NCBI GenBank assembly: GCA_963699755.1
Contig: CAVOVB010000001.1
Location: 768,001 to 832,000 of the forward strand
Direction of reading: 5' to 3'
Length of the DNA stretch: 64,000 nucleotides
DNA from: an uncultured delta proteobacterium
GTDB lineage: Bacteria > Myxococcota_A > Polyangia > Polyangiales > Houyiibacteriaceae
The notes beneath the pieces were generated by a model. The model did not search any database. It had not been told where the DNA came from and worked only from the letters and a program-made list of their open reading frames with translations. The position numbers and the translations under genes are program-made. Positions 1-8,960 of this stretch are shown piece by piece; position 1 is the stretch's first letter, and each line of letters begins with the position of its first letter.

Positions 1-774
1 ACTGACTCTTTTTCGCCGGCACTTCGCTTCTGGTGGAAGAGCTCGGTCGGGTCGGCGTTTGCCGTGGAGATCGGTGCGTTTCCAGACACGACGCGACCGG
101 TTGATACCCTCGTCGGAGACGATTCCTGGCGCAGTTATGCGTACTGCTTGCCTCCTTGGACCCACGGGAACGTGCTCGATCTGGCATTCTTTCCTGCGAC
201 TGCAGACTCCACAATCGCAACTGAGCTCGTTGTCGAAGATGTGGAGCTGTTCTCAGACGATCGCTGCGGTGACTCCCCCGAGCTTCTCGACCCTGGTTTC
301 GACTCAGCCCCCAACCGCTGGCACGGGGTGTCAGACCTGGGCTCCCAGACCACCGGGGAGTCGATTACTCTGCGAGACGATGCGGAACTGGCGAGAACCG
401 GCCGCGGAGTTCTCGAGATGACCTACACAGCCAACGATCAGCTGCTACGGTTCGAAACCTGGCTGTTGGTCCCCGAGAGCTTCGAGAACCGCGGGCCGCA
501 GCTCGTGTTCTTCTCGAAGGTGCCGGCTGACGCGCCCATGGTCGTCTCGTCGTTCCTCGGGAAGTCCACGCGACCAACGGACGAACTATTGCCGGGCGAC
601 CTCTGGCGCTCCAACGAGGTTTGCCTGCCGCCGGAGTGGGCAGGTCGTTGGTTCCGATTCCAACTACGCATCGGCCCTTCCCGTTTCGAGCCTTTCACTA
701 CGTTCGACCCGCCCATGCGGGTGTTTGTCGATGACTTCGAGCTCAGGACTTCGGAAGCATGCAAGGCGGAGTAG
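1..774 (+). CDS. Hypothetical protein, 5'-partial (probable beta-sandwich/carbohydrate-binding-like secreted protein)
   Basis: Frame is open from position 1 (TDSFSPALRFWW...) to TAG at 774. Two similar 'W...(Y/V)CLPP.W' segments suggest internal repeats. Confidence 0.6.
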   Translation, partial: TDSFSPALRFWWKSSVGSAFAVEIGAFPDTTRPVDTLVGDDSWRSYAYCLPPWTHGNVLDLAFFPATADSTIATELVVEDVELFSDDRCGDSPELLDPGFDSAPNRWHGVSDLGSQTTGESITLRDDAELARTGRGVLEMTYTANDQLLRFETWLLVPESFENRGPQLVFFSKVPADAPMVVSSFLGKSTRPTDELLPGDLWRSNEVCLPPEWAGRWFRFQLRIGPSRFEPFTTFDPPMRVFVDDFELRTSEACKAE

Positions 775-822
775 CGGGTTTCCCTTGACCGGGTCGTCAG
801 AGCTGCATGACCATCCTCAGGG

Positions 823-3606
823 ATGTGTCGATCTCGTTTCTACTCGGTCAGTCGTTACCTCGCGCTCGTAGCAGCCACCGTGCCTGGCGTCGCTAGCGGG
901 GCGGTCGTCGACGCGGAGGGTGGCATCACGATTTGGATTTCATACGACAACCTAGATACTTGGAAAGGCAGCACGATCGATGCCTCCCCTGCGAGCAAGC
1001 GGCTAGACTTCGACGAGCTGGCCGGGATGGGATTGAATTCCTTGGGCCAGCCGGTGATGACCTGCGCGAGCACCGAAGACGCATGTAAGACGCACGACCC
1101 GAGCTCCCAAAGCCTCTCTTGCGCAGCAAGCACCACCTACGCCGACGCAAGGGAAAAAGTGAAAGCCGACATCCTGAAGCTCGCGAGATACATTCATGAC
1201 TCTACCGAGGGCCGACACTTCCTACGAAGGGTATATGTCGCGGACCAAGGACGTGGCTGGGATACAGCCGACGTTCAATGGAATGTCGGCAAAGGAGGCA
1301 TTGCCTATAGTCTGAATCCCGACGCACATCGAGCTGGTTGGAACTATGCCCAAATGCATGTGCACCTGCACAGCGCATGGCGGACCTGCAGTCCCGACGT
1401 GCTGCACCACGAGCTGGGTCACTATCTGTATGGACTGCTAGACCGCTACCCGAGGCCTGACCAACCCTACCCCGGCTGCTTTCCGGCCCCTCTCGACGGA
1501 GAACTGATCGAGGTCACGCTGCATCAAACGAACCCCGAATACGTCGAAGAGACGGTCATGTCGGGCACATTTCCCCATCGCTTCGTCGATGACTCAAACG
1601 TCAAACTGCGTGTCACGCACGCAGGGCTGGGCAACTACCAGGGAAGGAGCTCGCAAGAGCTCACCGGAGATGTGCTCAAAGACAGCGACTCAAGCAATGA
1701 TGGGCCCAATCGCTGGGCGGCTTGCACCTTGCCGTTTGCCCGAGGCGAATGGAGCATGCTTGGTGCTGCCCACATTGACCTCGAGGATGTGCATGTCGAG
1801 GGGGAGTTCCCCGACATGACTACGGAGCCCTTACCGAACGCCACGCCCGACATACGCTTCGTCAGCAGTAACGATCCCAACCCCGGGACGGTCCTTTTGC
1901 TGGACAATTCGAACAGCATGAACGCACCGGCGAACGATCCCGCGAGTCGGCATGTCCAAGAAGCCGCTTTGTTCTTCTACCATAGCTCAGCGCAGCCCAC
2001 GGTTTCGACGGCAGCCAATCCGCAGGCGAAACCAGGAGAATACGTAGGAGCCTTCTTGTACAACAACCAAGTGTCGACGCTGGTCGCGTACGGGGAGTTT
2101 GATTCAAACCATCCGATCGACGTCCCGGCGTTTCCGAACGCGTCTGGATCGACCAACATCAACTTAGCGTTCGCCTCTGCAATTGAAGCTCTCGAAGAGG
2201 CTCACGCGGGAACGAGCGGGGCGAACGGGGGTACGATCGTATTGCTCTCAGACGGCCAAGCCACAGCAGGAGGCGACCTCTGGAACGAGGTCCGTCGGGC
2301 CGGTGAAATGGGAATTAAGATTCACCCGCGAAGCTACGGGGTGGCGAACTCAGAAACGATGGAAGAAATCGCCGCTTACTCCTCCGGCAGCGACGAGATC
2401 CTCTCCGCGCCAAGCAGCCCCGCGGAGCTGAAGCTGGACCTATGCAGGGAAGTGACGATTCTCCGCGGAAGCACCTCGGTGTACTCGTGCAAAGGAAAAG
2501 TATCGGACGTCGCCAAGGATTCGATTGCCTGCGAAAGCGAGATTGAGCGAGGTTTCGATGGGTCTCGGGAGTTCGTACAGTCGACTTTCAACGTGCCGAA
2601 CGGTACGCGTGACTTGCTGTTCTATGTCTTTCTAGAGGACGGCAATGCTGCGGAGCTGACGCTCGAGTTGGGTCAGGGCGGGACTCTCGAGGAGATTCCG
2701 AGCGAGCCCTTGGCGAAGAAGGGCCGGTTTCACGGAGTCCGCATCCCCGACGTAGACCCCGGTGAGTGGACGTTTAGGATCAAGGCGCCGTCTTCACCAA
2801 GCGGAGCCCAGTCATTGCTGCCAGCCGATGACAACATCGAGATCGTGGCTTATGCGAATCACCCGGAATTGACGACCGATGTCTGGATCGAGGAGGCCCG
2901 GGGAGCGAAACCCGCGACTCTAAAGGCGCGGCTGACGTACCGCTACCCACTCTCGGGCATTCAGGCTCAGGCGGTCTTCTATGATGGAGGACGTCGCCTG
3001 CGACCGAAACCAACGCCGATGTGGCAAGGCAAGCCCGGTCCAGACAGGGACAAACATGATGGGGTCTACTCGACCCTCATTGACCTAGAGACGATGCGCA
3101 GTGAAGTTGGCGCGGAGCGAGTCAGAATCGACGTCGAGTTTGCCATTGGGCAGGACGCGATGCCGGCCCCAAATATAGCGTATGAACCTGGGACGGTTTG
3201 GAGTGATGTGAAGAGCGACTACATGACGCTCAAGAACACGACGGAATTCAAGGCATATGGAACGCTGGTGACGTCTCTCGACCGAACCGATCGAGCACCT
3301 CCGGCGATCCACAAGATCCACCGAATCCCACGCCGACTGCGCCGGCGACTGCCAGGAGGCGGACCGTACATCGGCGCAACGGTTCGGAACGCTCATCCCT
3401 TGAAAGAGCAAACGCGCGTGTCCCTTGGGCAGGGCGTTACGGGGAAGGTTATCGCTGCCCATCCGCACCGCTGCAAGTCCCGCACGACCTTGTGGATCGA
3501 ATATCAGATCGCCGACGCTGCTCGTCCGGGCCAACGCAATCTCGGGCTGCAGTTTGGCCGAACGATACTTTGGAAAGATGACGCCTTGGAGCTCGATGCG
3601 CCGTAG
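823..3606 (+). CDS. Secreted CLCA-like zinc metalloprotease with VWA domain and C-terminal beta-sandwich domains
   Basis: Signal-peptide-like N-terminus; HEXXH motif in DVLHHELGHYLYGLLDRY; MIDAS motif VLLLDNSNSM and IVLLSDG; late DKHDGVYS motif. Confidence 0.75.
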   Translation: MCRSRFYSVSRYLALVAATVPGVASGAVVDAEGGITIWISYDNLDTWKGSTIDASPASKRLDFDELAGMGLNSLGQPVMTCASTEDACKTHDPSSQSLSCAASTTYADAREKVKADILKLARYIHDSTEGRHFLRRVYVADQGRGWDTADVQWNVGKGGIAYSLNPDAHRAGWNYAQMHVHLHSAWRTCSPDVLHHELGHYLYGLLDRYPRPDQPYPGCFPAPLDGELIEVTLHQTNPEYVEETVMSGTFPHRFVDDSNVKLRVTHAGLGNYQGRSSQELTGDVLKDSDSSNDGPNRWAACTLPFARGEWSMLGAAHIDLEDVHVEGEFPDMTTEPLPNATPDIRFVSSNDPNPGTVLLLDNSNSMNAPANDPASRHVQEAALFFYHSSAQPTVSTAANPQAKPGEYVGAFLYNNQVSTLVAYGEFDSNHPIDVPAFPNASGSTNINLAFASAIEALEEAHAGTSGANGGTIVLLSDGQATAGGDLWNEVRRAGEMGIKIHPRSYGVANSETMEEIAAYSSGSDEILSAPSSPAELKLDLCREVTILRGSTSVYSCKGKVSDVAKDSIACESEIERGFDGSREFVQSTFNVPNGTRDLLFYVFLEDGNAAELTLELGQGGTLEEIPSEPLAKKGRFHGVRIPDVDPGEWTFRIKAPSSPSGAQSLLPADDNIEIVAYANHPELTTDVWIEEARGAKPATLKARLTYRYPLSGIQAQAVFYDGGRRLRPKPTPMWQGKPGPDRDKHDGVYSTLIDLETMRSEVGAERVRIDVEFAIGQDAMPAPNIAYEPGTVWSDVKSDYMTLKNTTEFKAYGTLVTSLDRTDRAPPAIHKIHRIPRRLRRRLPGGGPYIGATVRNAHPLKEQTRVSLGQGVTGKVIAAHPHRCKSRTTLWIEYQIADAARPGQRNLGLQFGRTILWKDDALELDAP

Positions 3607-3609
3607 CCG

Positions 3610-4056
3610 TCACGGCGCATCGTCGACGCAGGTGCTGACGCCGGTGTACGCGCAAACACACTCGCACCTGCCTTCCGTAAGGCAGAATGAGCTACGGACG
3701 TTTTGGCCCCCATCACAGACGTAGTCGGAGCACCAATCTACGCAGGATCGGTCCCCGGACATGTCGGGCTCGCAGTCCTTGTGTGCCGTGCAGTCGGGAA
3801 CAGCGCACACACCAGCGCTGCAGACACATAGGCAGCGATTGTCGTCCGGCAAGCAGTATCCTGCTCGCGTACTTTCGGGCCCGTTGCAATAGGAGTCCCT
3901 GCAAATCTCCAAGCATCTGTCCTGGTCGACACTGCAGGTGTCGGGGTACCCGCAGTTCATGCTGTCGCTAGGATCAGGCATGGTTTCGCACGAGTCTGCG
4001 CCACAGATCAGAATGCCGCAGAATACGGGGACGAAAAGGCCTCCTAGGATTCGCAT
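3610..4056 (-). CDS. Small secreted Cys-rich protein with two tandem Cys modules
   Basis: Start taken at MRILGG (ATG 4056), followed by a hydrophobic signal. Two repeats of C-x3-C...C.G...CL...RCxCVC. Confidence 0.65.
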   Translation of the reverse strand: MRILGGLFVPVFCGILICGADSCETMPDPSDSMNCGYPDTCSVDQDRCLEICRDSYCNGPESTRAGYCLPDDNRCLCVCSAGVCAVPDCTAHKDCEPDMSGDRSCVDWCSDYVCDGGQNVRSSFCLTEGRCECVCAYTGVSTCVDDAP

Positions 4057-4272
4057 TCGTAAACGGTATATCTCTGCCCGATGCCTTACAACATCGAAGA
4101 GCGCATGCCGGCACGCACCCGAGCGCAGGCGACGGCTGTTATTCCAGTCGAGTTTCTCCATGGACGCTCCGATGTCATCCAGATTCCTCTGCGGACGCGG
4201 CGCAACCCAGACCGATTAGCGACTTCCGGGCGCGCGTTGACGCGCAAGTGAGGACGAACTCCGAGCACGCCT

Positions 4273-4479
4273 TCAGCTGAGAACGCCTGGCTGAGACTGG
4301 ACAGTGAGCTGGTCCGAGGCCACCGGCGGCGACGGGCTCCAATGCACCTGTGTGAGCAGGACCGGGATCGCGACGAGCAAGATCGCGACGACCGGGTGCT
4401 TGCGGATGGACTTGCCGATGTACTCGGCGCGTTGTTGCTTGGCCTGTTCGATGATGGCGGAGATGTTTTGTGCTTGCAT
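4273..4479 (-). CDS. Small 68-aa single-TM hypothetical protein
   Basis: ATG at 4479 preceded by the RBS AAGAGGAG; hydrophobic stretch PVVAILLVAIPVLL; sigma-54-type promoter upstream. Confidence 0.6.
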   Translation of the reverse strand: MQAQNISAIIEQAKQQRAEYIGKSIRKHPVVAILLVAIPVLLTQVHWSPSPPVASDQLTVQSQPGVLS

Positions 4480-4516
4480 GGGGTCGCTCCTCTTGGATGT
4501 GTTGACTGACTTCTGA

Positions 4517-4532
4517 AGCACGACCCGTGCCA
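4517..4532 (-). promoter_or_regulatory. Sigma-54 (-24/-12) promoter for the 68-aa gene
   Basis: Minus strand reads TGGCAC-GGGTC-GTGCT (GG-N10-GC), about 40 bp upstream of the ATG. Confidence 0.6.
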
Positions 4533-4659
4533 ACCCAAAAGCTCAATGCTTTCGGCGCCGGCTGCCGGAGAGAACCGGCACGATGACGTCGTTGGTCGCC
4601 GTCTTCGACGTCGGGCGTCGTCGACGGGGACACGCCAGAGATGGACGAAACCTGGGTTC

Positions 4660-5619
4660 CTACCCGTACGAAGCCGCGAACGCGTCGATGAAGGCGTCGA
4701 GCTGGTCGGCCGGGAGCGCGTTGATCCCGGCGGCTGCAGCCCGGCCGCCACCGGTTGAGAACTTCCGGCAGAGCTCGTCGGCGCCCTTTCCGTCGTCGAG
4801 TGGTGCGCGGACGCTGACGAGGTAGGTGCCGTTGGCGCGTTCGGTGAGGACCGCATGTGCGCGACCCGGCGCGCCGTTGGCGAGTTCATTGCTGTAGACG
4901 CCGGATACGCGGCGCGCCCAGGCTTCGTTCGGTAGGATGACGACGGCGGTCTTCTCGGATTGCCGGATCGGTTTCACCGCGGCGGCCGCGGCCATATCGA
5001 CTCGGTAGCCCGACTCGAGCTTCTCGAAGGCGTCGGGCGCGTCTTCGATGAAGGCGAAGGGCGTCGGGTACGGGCGCACGAGCTCGAAGAGCTCCGCAGG
5101 GGCGAAGTGCAAATCATCGAGCGAAGAGCCGTAGCCGTTGTAGTTCATGTAGATGCCGAGGTTCTCGAGGAGGCCTAACTCTTCTTCGGTGAGGTCGAGG
5201 GGCCCTGCGATCGTCCGCGCGCTGGCTTTGAGATTGTCGCCAAAGGCGCCGGTCACTGCCCATTCGACGTGACGCCCCTCGAGATAGCCGTTGATGAGCA
5301 GGCTGGTGCAGACCTTGGGGTCCGGGTCGATGATCGTCGTGAGCAGATCGTTTTCGGGAATTTCACCCGCAAAGTGATGGTCGACGTAGAAGACCTCCGC
5401 GCCCGCTTCGAGTGCCCTGAGGACGCCATCGCGATTCTTGTCGAAGCTGAGGTCGAGGACGGTGACCCGATCGCCGGCGGCCACCTGGGCCTTTGCAACC
5501 AGGGCGATGTCTCGCTTCACTCCGGTGATGAGGTTGCTTTCCACGGGCTCGGCATTGCGCAGCTGGGCGAGCGCGCAGATGCCATCGGCGTCGCCGTTGA
5601 AAATGTCGATCTGACCCAT
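4660..5619 (-). CDS. DHH family phosphoesterase
   Basis: MGQIDIFNGDADGICAL, YVDHH and C-terminal GGGRAAAAG motifs. Start taken at ATG 5619, not the longer ORF call. Confidence 0.8.
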   Translation of the reverse strand: MGQIDIFNGDADGICALAQLRNAEPVESNLITGVKRDIALVAKAQVAAGDRVTVLDLSFDKNRDGVLRALEAGAEVFYVDHHFAGEIPENDLLTTIIDPDPKVCTSLLINGYLEGRHVEWAVTGAFGDNLKASARTIAGPLDLTEEELGLLENLGIYMNYNGYGSSLDDLHFAPAELFELVRPYPTPFAFIEDAPDAFEKLESGYRVDMAAAAAVKPIRQSEKTAVVILPNEAWARRVSGVYSNELANGAPGRAHAVLTERANGTYLVSVRAPLDDGKGADELCRKFSTGGGRAAAAGINALPADQLDAFIDAFAASYG

Positions 5620-5627
5620 GAGGGTTT

Positions 5628-6368
5628 CTAACCCGCGGACGGAAAACGCGCGAGCCCTCTTCGATGCGCGAATCTCCGGAACCAGGCGCGTGCGATCACG
5701 AATGGGATGGCGAAGAGCACGTGGCGGAGGCGGATCCCGCTCTTCTCCGAGCCGTAGACCGGACGCACCGAGACTTCGTGCATCCGCAATCCGCTGATCG
5801 TCAAGCAGCTGAGAAGATCGTTTGGATAGCCGTACGTCTTCCACAAGCGGTCCCAGTCGAGCGCTCGCTTGGCGCGACGATTCATCGCTACGTAGCCGCA
5901 CTGCGAATCCTGGATTTCGATGCCGATCGCGCGCCTCGTGAACGCTGAGAAGAGGCGATTGCCGAGCCATCGATGCCAGGGCATCGAGGCATTCGCGCCG
6001 GGCCAGCCGAGGCGATTGCCCTTCACATAGTCGGCTTCGCCGTCCAGGAGGGGCGCGAGCAAGCTGGGCAGATCGACCGGGTCCATTTGCCCGTCGGCTG
6101 CCATGACAGCCGTGATGGCCGCGCCGAGCAGGAGCGCGTGCCTGCAGCCGGTCGCAATTGCAGCGCCGACGCCTTGGTTGGTTTCGTGCCGCAGAAGCGC
6201 CACCGGACGCAAGCTCGCCTGCGCGATTTCGGAGGTCGCGTCGGTGCTCGCGTCATCGACGACGATCAGGTGATCGACAAAGCACGGAACGCTCTCTATC
6301 GCCGCGCCGATCAAGCGCGCTTCATTGAACGCCGGCATGACGACCGCGATTGTTCTGCCTGCAAGCAC
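5628..6368 (-). CDS. Glycosyltransferase family 2 (DPM-synthase-like)
   Basis: VVMPAFNE, VVDDASTD, AADGQMDP and DSQCGY motifs. Confidence 0.9.
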   Translation of the reverse strand: MLAGRTIAVVMPAFNEARLIGAAIESVPCFVDHLIVVDDASTDATSEIAQASLRPVALLRHETNQGVGAAIATGCRHALLLGAAITAVMAADGQMDPVDLPSLLAPLLDGEADYVKGNRLGWPGANASMPWHRWLGNRLFSAFTRRAIGIEIQDSQCGYVAMNRRAKRALDWDRLWKTYGYPNDLLSCLTISGLRMHEVSVRPVYGSEKSGIRLRHVLFAIPFVIARAWFRRFAHRRGLARFPSAG

Positions 6369-6423
6369 TGCCGCTCACTCAATCACTTGCCGGGCGCAGT
6401 CGCAAGGCGTAACCCCTGATCAA

Positions 6424-7452
6424 ATGGCCGAGGTCCTCTTCGTGTCCAAGCCGGTCGTCCCGCCTTGGAACGACAGTAGCAAGAATTTGGTCCGCGACAT
6501 CGCGGGACATCTAGAGCGCCACGAGCCCATCCTGGCGAAGAGCGCGGGTCGCATGGCCATCTTTGAGAAGCTGCTCCTGGGCCGCTCGCCCGAGGTTTGG
6601 CATTTCTTCTTCGCGCCAAACCTGAGGTCCTCGTCGGCGGCGCGCCTTGCTCGCGCGGTCCGCAGGGTACCGAGCGTGCACACCGTCTGCAGCCTGCCGG
6701 CCGAGGGCGTCGCAACGCGGATGCTCCTCTTCGCCGACCGGACCGTGGCCCTTTCTCGGTTCGCGTACGATCGCTTCATCCGAGAGGGCGTCAGCGAGAG
6801 CGCTCTTCGCCTGATTCCGCCCTGTGTGCCTGCGCTCGCGGCGCCAAGCGATCGCGAGCGTGCCGAGCTTCGCAACAAGCACGGGCTTCCCAACGGCGTG
6901 CCGGTTTGGATCTACCCGGGCGATGTCGAGTTCGGCGACGGGGCACAGATCGCGCTCGAAGGCTTCGCAACAGCGAACCGCCGCGACGCGATTCTCTTGA
7001 TGGCCTGCCGCCGAAAGACACCAGCCGCAGATGAGGCGCTTTCCCGGCTCCACGCCCAAGCCAAAGGCTGGGGCATCGACCGTCGGGTCCTCTGGCCAGG
7101 AGACACCGTGCACATTCAGGATCTGCTCGCGCTCAGCGACTTCGTGCTGATGGTGAACCGTACGGCCTACGCGAAGATGGACTACCCCATGGTTGCGCTT
7201 GAAGCGATGTGCCTCGAGCGGCCGGTGCTGGTCGCCGAGGGGACCCCATCTGCGGAGCTCGCCGAAATGGGCGGGGCGTTTGCAATCGAGCCAAGCGCGG
7301 ATGCCCTGGCCGAGGCGATCGAAACTCTCAGCAGCGACGACGCTCGCCGAAAAGCGCTCGGTGCGAAAGCCCACACCCTCGTCACCTCGAAGTTCTCTCC
7401 ACGAGAAGTCGCAGCAGCTTACGAGCTGCTCTACGAGGAAGTCCGTGCCTGA
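6424..7452 (+). CDS. Glycosyltransferase family 4
   Basis: GT-B C-terminal signature DYPMVALEAMCLERPV; start MAEVLFVSKP. Confidence 0.85.
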   Translation: MAEVLFVSKPVVPPWNDSSKNLVRDIAGHLERHEPILAKSAGRMAIFEKLLLGRSPEVWHFFFAPNLRSSSAARLARAVRRVPSVHTVCSLPAEGVATRMLLFADRTVALSRFAYDRFIREGVSESALRLIPPCVPALAAPSDRERAELRNKHGLPNGVPVWIYPGDVEFGDGAQIALEGFATANRRDAILLMACRRKTPAADEALSRLHAQAKGWGIDRRVLWPGDTVHIQDLLALSDFVLMVNRTAYAKMDYPMVALEAMCLERPVLVAEGTPSAELAEMGGAFAIEPSADALAEAIETLSSDDARRKALGAKAHTLVTSKFSPREVAAAYELLYEEVRA

Positions 7453-8167
7453 TTCGGGCGAAGCCGAAGCAAGGCGCTACTATGACGACTTCAGCGAGTC
7501 GTATGATCAGGCGCGTGGCCGCGGCTACCACCGGATGATCGATCAGCTCGAGCTCGATCTAACCGAGCCATACGCGCGCAACGCGCGTGTCCTCGAGCTA
7601 GGCTGCGGCACCGGCTTGATCCTCGAACGGGTGGCTGAGATTGCAAAGGAAGCGGTCGGCATCGACCTCTCGAAGAAGATGGCACAACGCGCGATGGATC
7701 GCGGCCTCGATGTACGCATCGGAAGCATCTGCGACCTCCCCTTCGAAGACGAGCGCTTCGACCTCTGCTACAGCTTCAAGGTGCTGGCCCACGTCCCCAA
7801 CATCGACGCAGCGATTCGCGAGGCCGCGCGCGTTACCCGGCGCGGCGGACACCTCTTGCTGGAGTTCTACAACCCTTGGAGCCTCCGCTATCTCGCCAAG
7901 AAGGCGACCGGGCCTCGACCGATCGGTCGCGGCCGCAGCGAGGCGGACATCTCGACGCGCTGGGACTCGCCTCCCTCCATTCGAAGGCTCTTGCCGACCA
8001 ACCTCGAGCTGGTGGACTACTACGGCGTCCGTGTGATCACGCCCTTTGCCGCCGTCCACCGCATCCCAGGCCTGGCGCAGGGCTTGAGCCGCGCCGAGCA
8101 GCTCGCGAGCCGTTCCCCGCTCCGATACTTCGGCGGCTTCCTGGTCGCGGTACTGCGCAAATCGTGA
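7445..8167 (+). CDS. Class I SAM-dependent methyltransferase
   Basis: VLELGCGTG, GIDLS and LPFEDERFD motifs; GTG start overlaps the end of the GT4 gene. Confidence 0.88.
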   Translation: MPDSGEAEARRYYDDFSESYDQARGRGYHRMIDQLELDLTEPYARNARVLELGCGTGLILERVAEIAKEAVGIDLSKKMAQRAMDRGLDVRIGSICDLPFEDERFDLCYSFKVLAHVPNIDAAIREAARVTRRGGHLLLEFYNPWSLRYLAKKATGPRPIGRGRSEADISTRWDSPPSIRRLLPTNLELVDYYGVRVITPFAAVHRIPGLAQGLSRAEQLASRSPLRYFGGFLVAVLRKS

Positions 8168-8183
8168 TGAGACGGGCTTCGGT

Positions 8184-8900
8184 CTAGGCGACGAGGCGCA
8201 CATCGACCTCGTGCGATCGCACGGGCCGATACTGCGCTGGGCGATCGACCCCGAGGTCGCGGCGTACGTCTTCAACGGGGCGCGCGAGCCATTGGTGCCA
8301 GGGCACTTCGAGAAACCACGACGCGCGCTTCGCACGGCGGCGACCGTTGAGGATCACCCCACGGGCATCGAGGTTGCGGTCGGTGACGCGGCCGATCTTG
8401 AACCAGGCCATCGACGCGATCATGCCGACGCCGATGTTCCCGGTTTGCCCGTGGGTGAACGCCAAGAGCGCCGCCTCCCCAACCAGGTCGCCTTCGTAGC
8501 CGAGGACTGCATGCCAGAGGTCGTGGCTGTCGCGTAACCAATTGCGAATCCAAAGGTACTCCGCCGCGGCATCACGCCGGCTTTCGACGTCCGACGCTTC
8601 GACCAGGCCGTCCGCGGTGATTCCCTCGGCTTCGACGAACGCCAAGTATTCACGGCCAAGGCTTCCCTCTGGCAAGGCACGAAGCGCGTCGCGATCTTGT
8701 AGCAGGGGAATCAAGTCCGGCTGTTCGGCAAGAAGCCGGCGCCCTTGCTCGCTCTTCTGAAGCCGATTGCGCATCCGAACCAGGGCGGGCCCTTGCATGG
8801 CTTCGATGATCTCGAAGACCTGTTGGGTGTCATCGGGATCCGCAAAGAGCTCTCGCATGGCGCGCGCTGCCTTCAGAGGCCGCATGGACCGAATGTTCAT
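8184..8900 (-). CDS. Coq4 family protein
   Basis: LPEGSLGREY and the HDxxH-x11-E zinc motif (RDSHDLWHAVLGYEGDLVGE). Confidence 0.85.
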   Translation of the reverse strand: MNIRSMRPLKAARAMRELFADPDDTQQVFEIIEAMQGPALVRMRNRLQKSEQGRRLLAEQPDLIPLLQDRDALRALPEGSLGREYLAFVEAEGITADGLVEASDVESRRDAAAEYLWIRNWLRDSHDLWHAVLGYEGDLVGEAALLAFTHGQTGNIGVGMIASMAWFKIGRVTDRNLDARGVILNGRRRAKRASWFLEVPWHQWLARPVEDVRRDLGVDRPAQYRPVRSHEVDVRLVA

Positions 8901-8960
8901 CGAGCGTCCCTATAGCCGGGATCCTGACTGCGATCATGCAGAACCAGGCGGCGGGGCGCT

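Noticed and set aside
4500..4510. 11-mer TGTTGACTGAC also present inverted at ~46611-46621
   Set aside because: A single short match, expected by chance in 64 kb.
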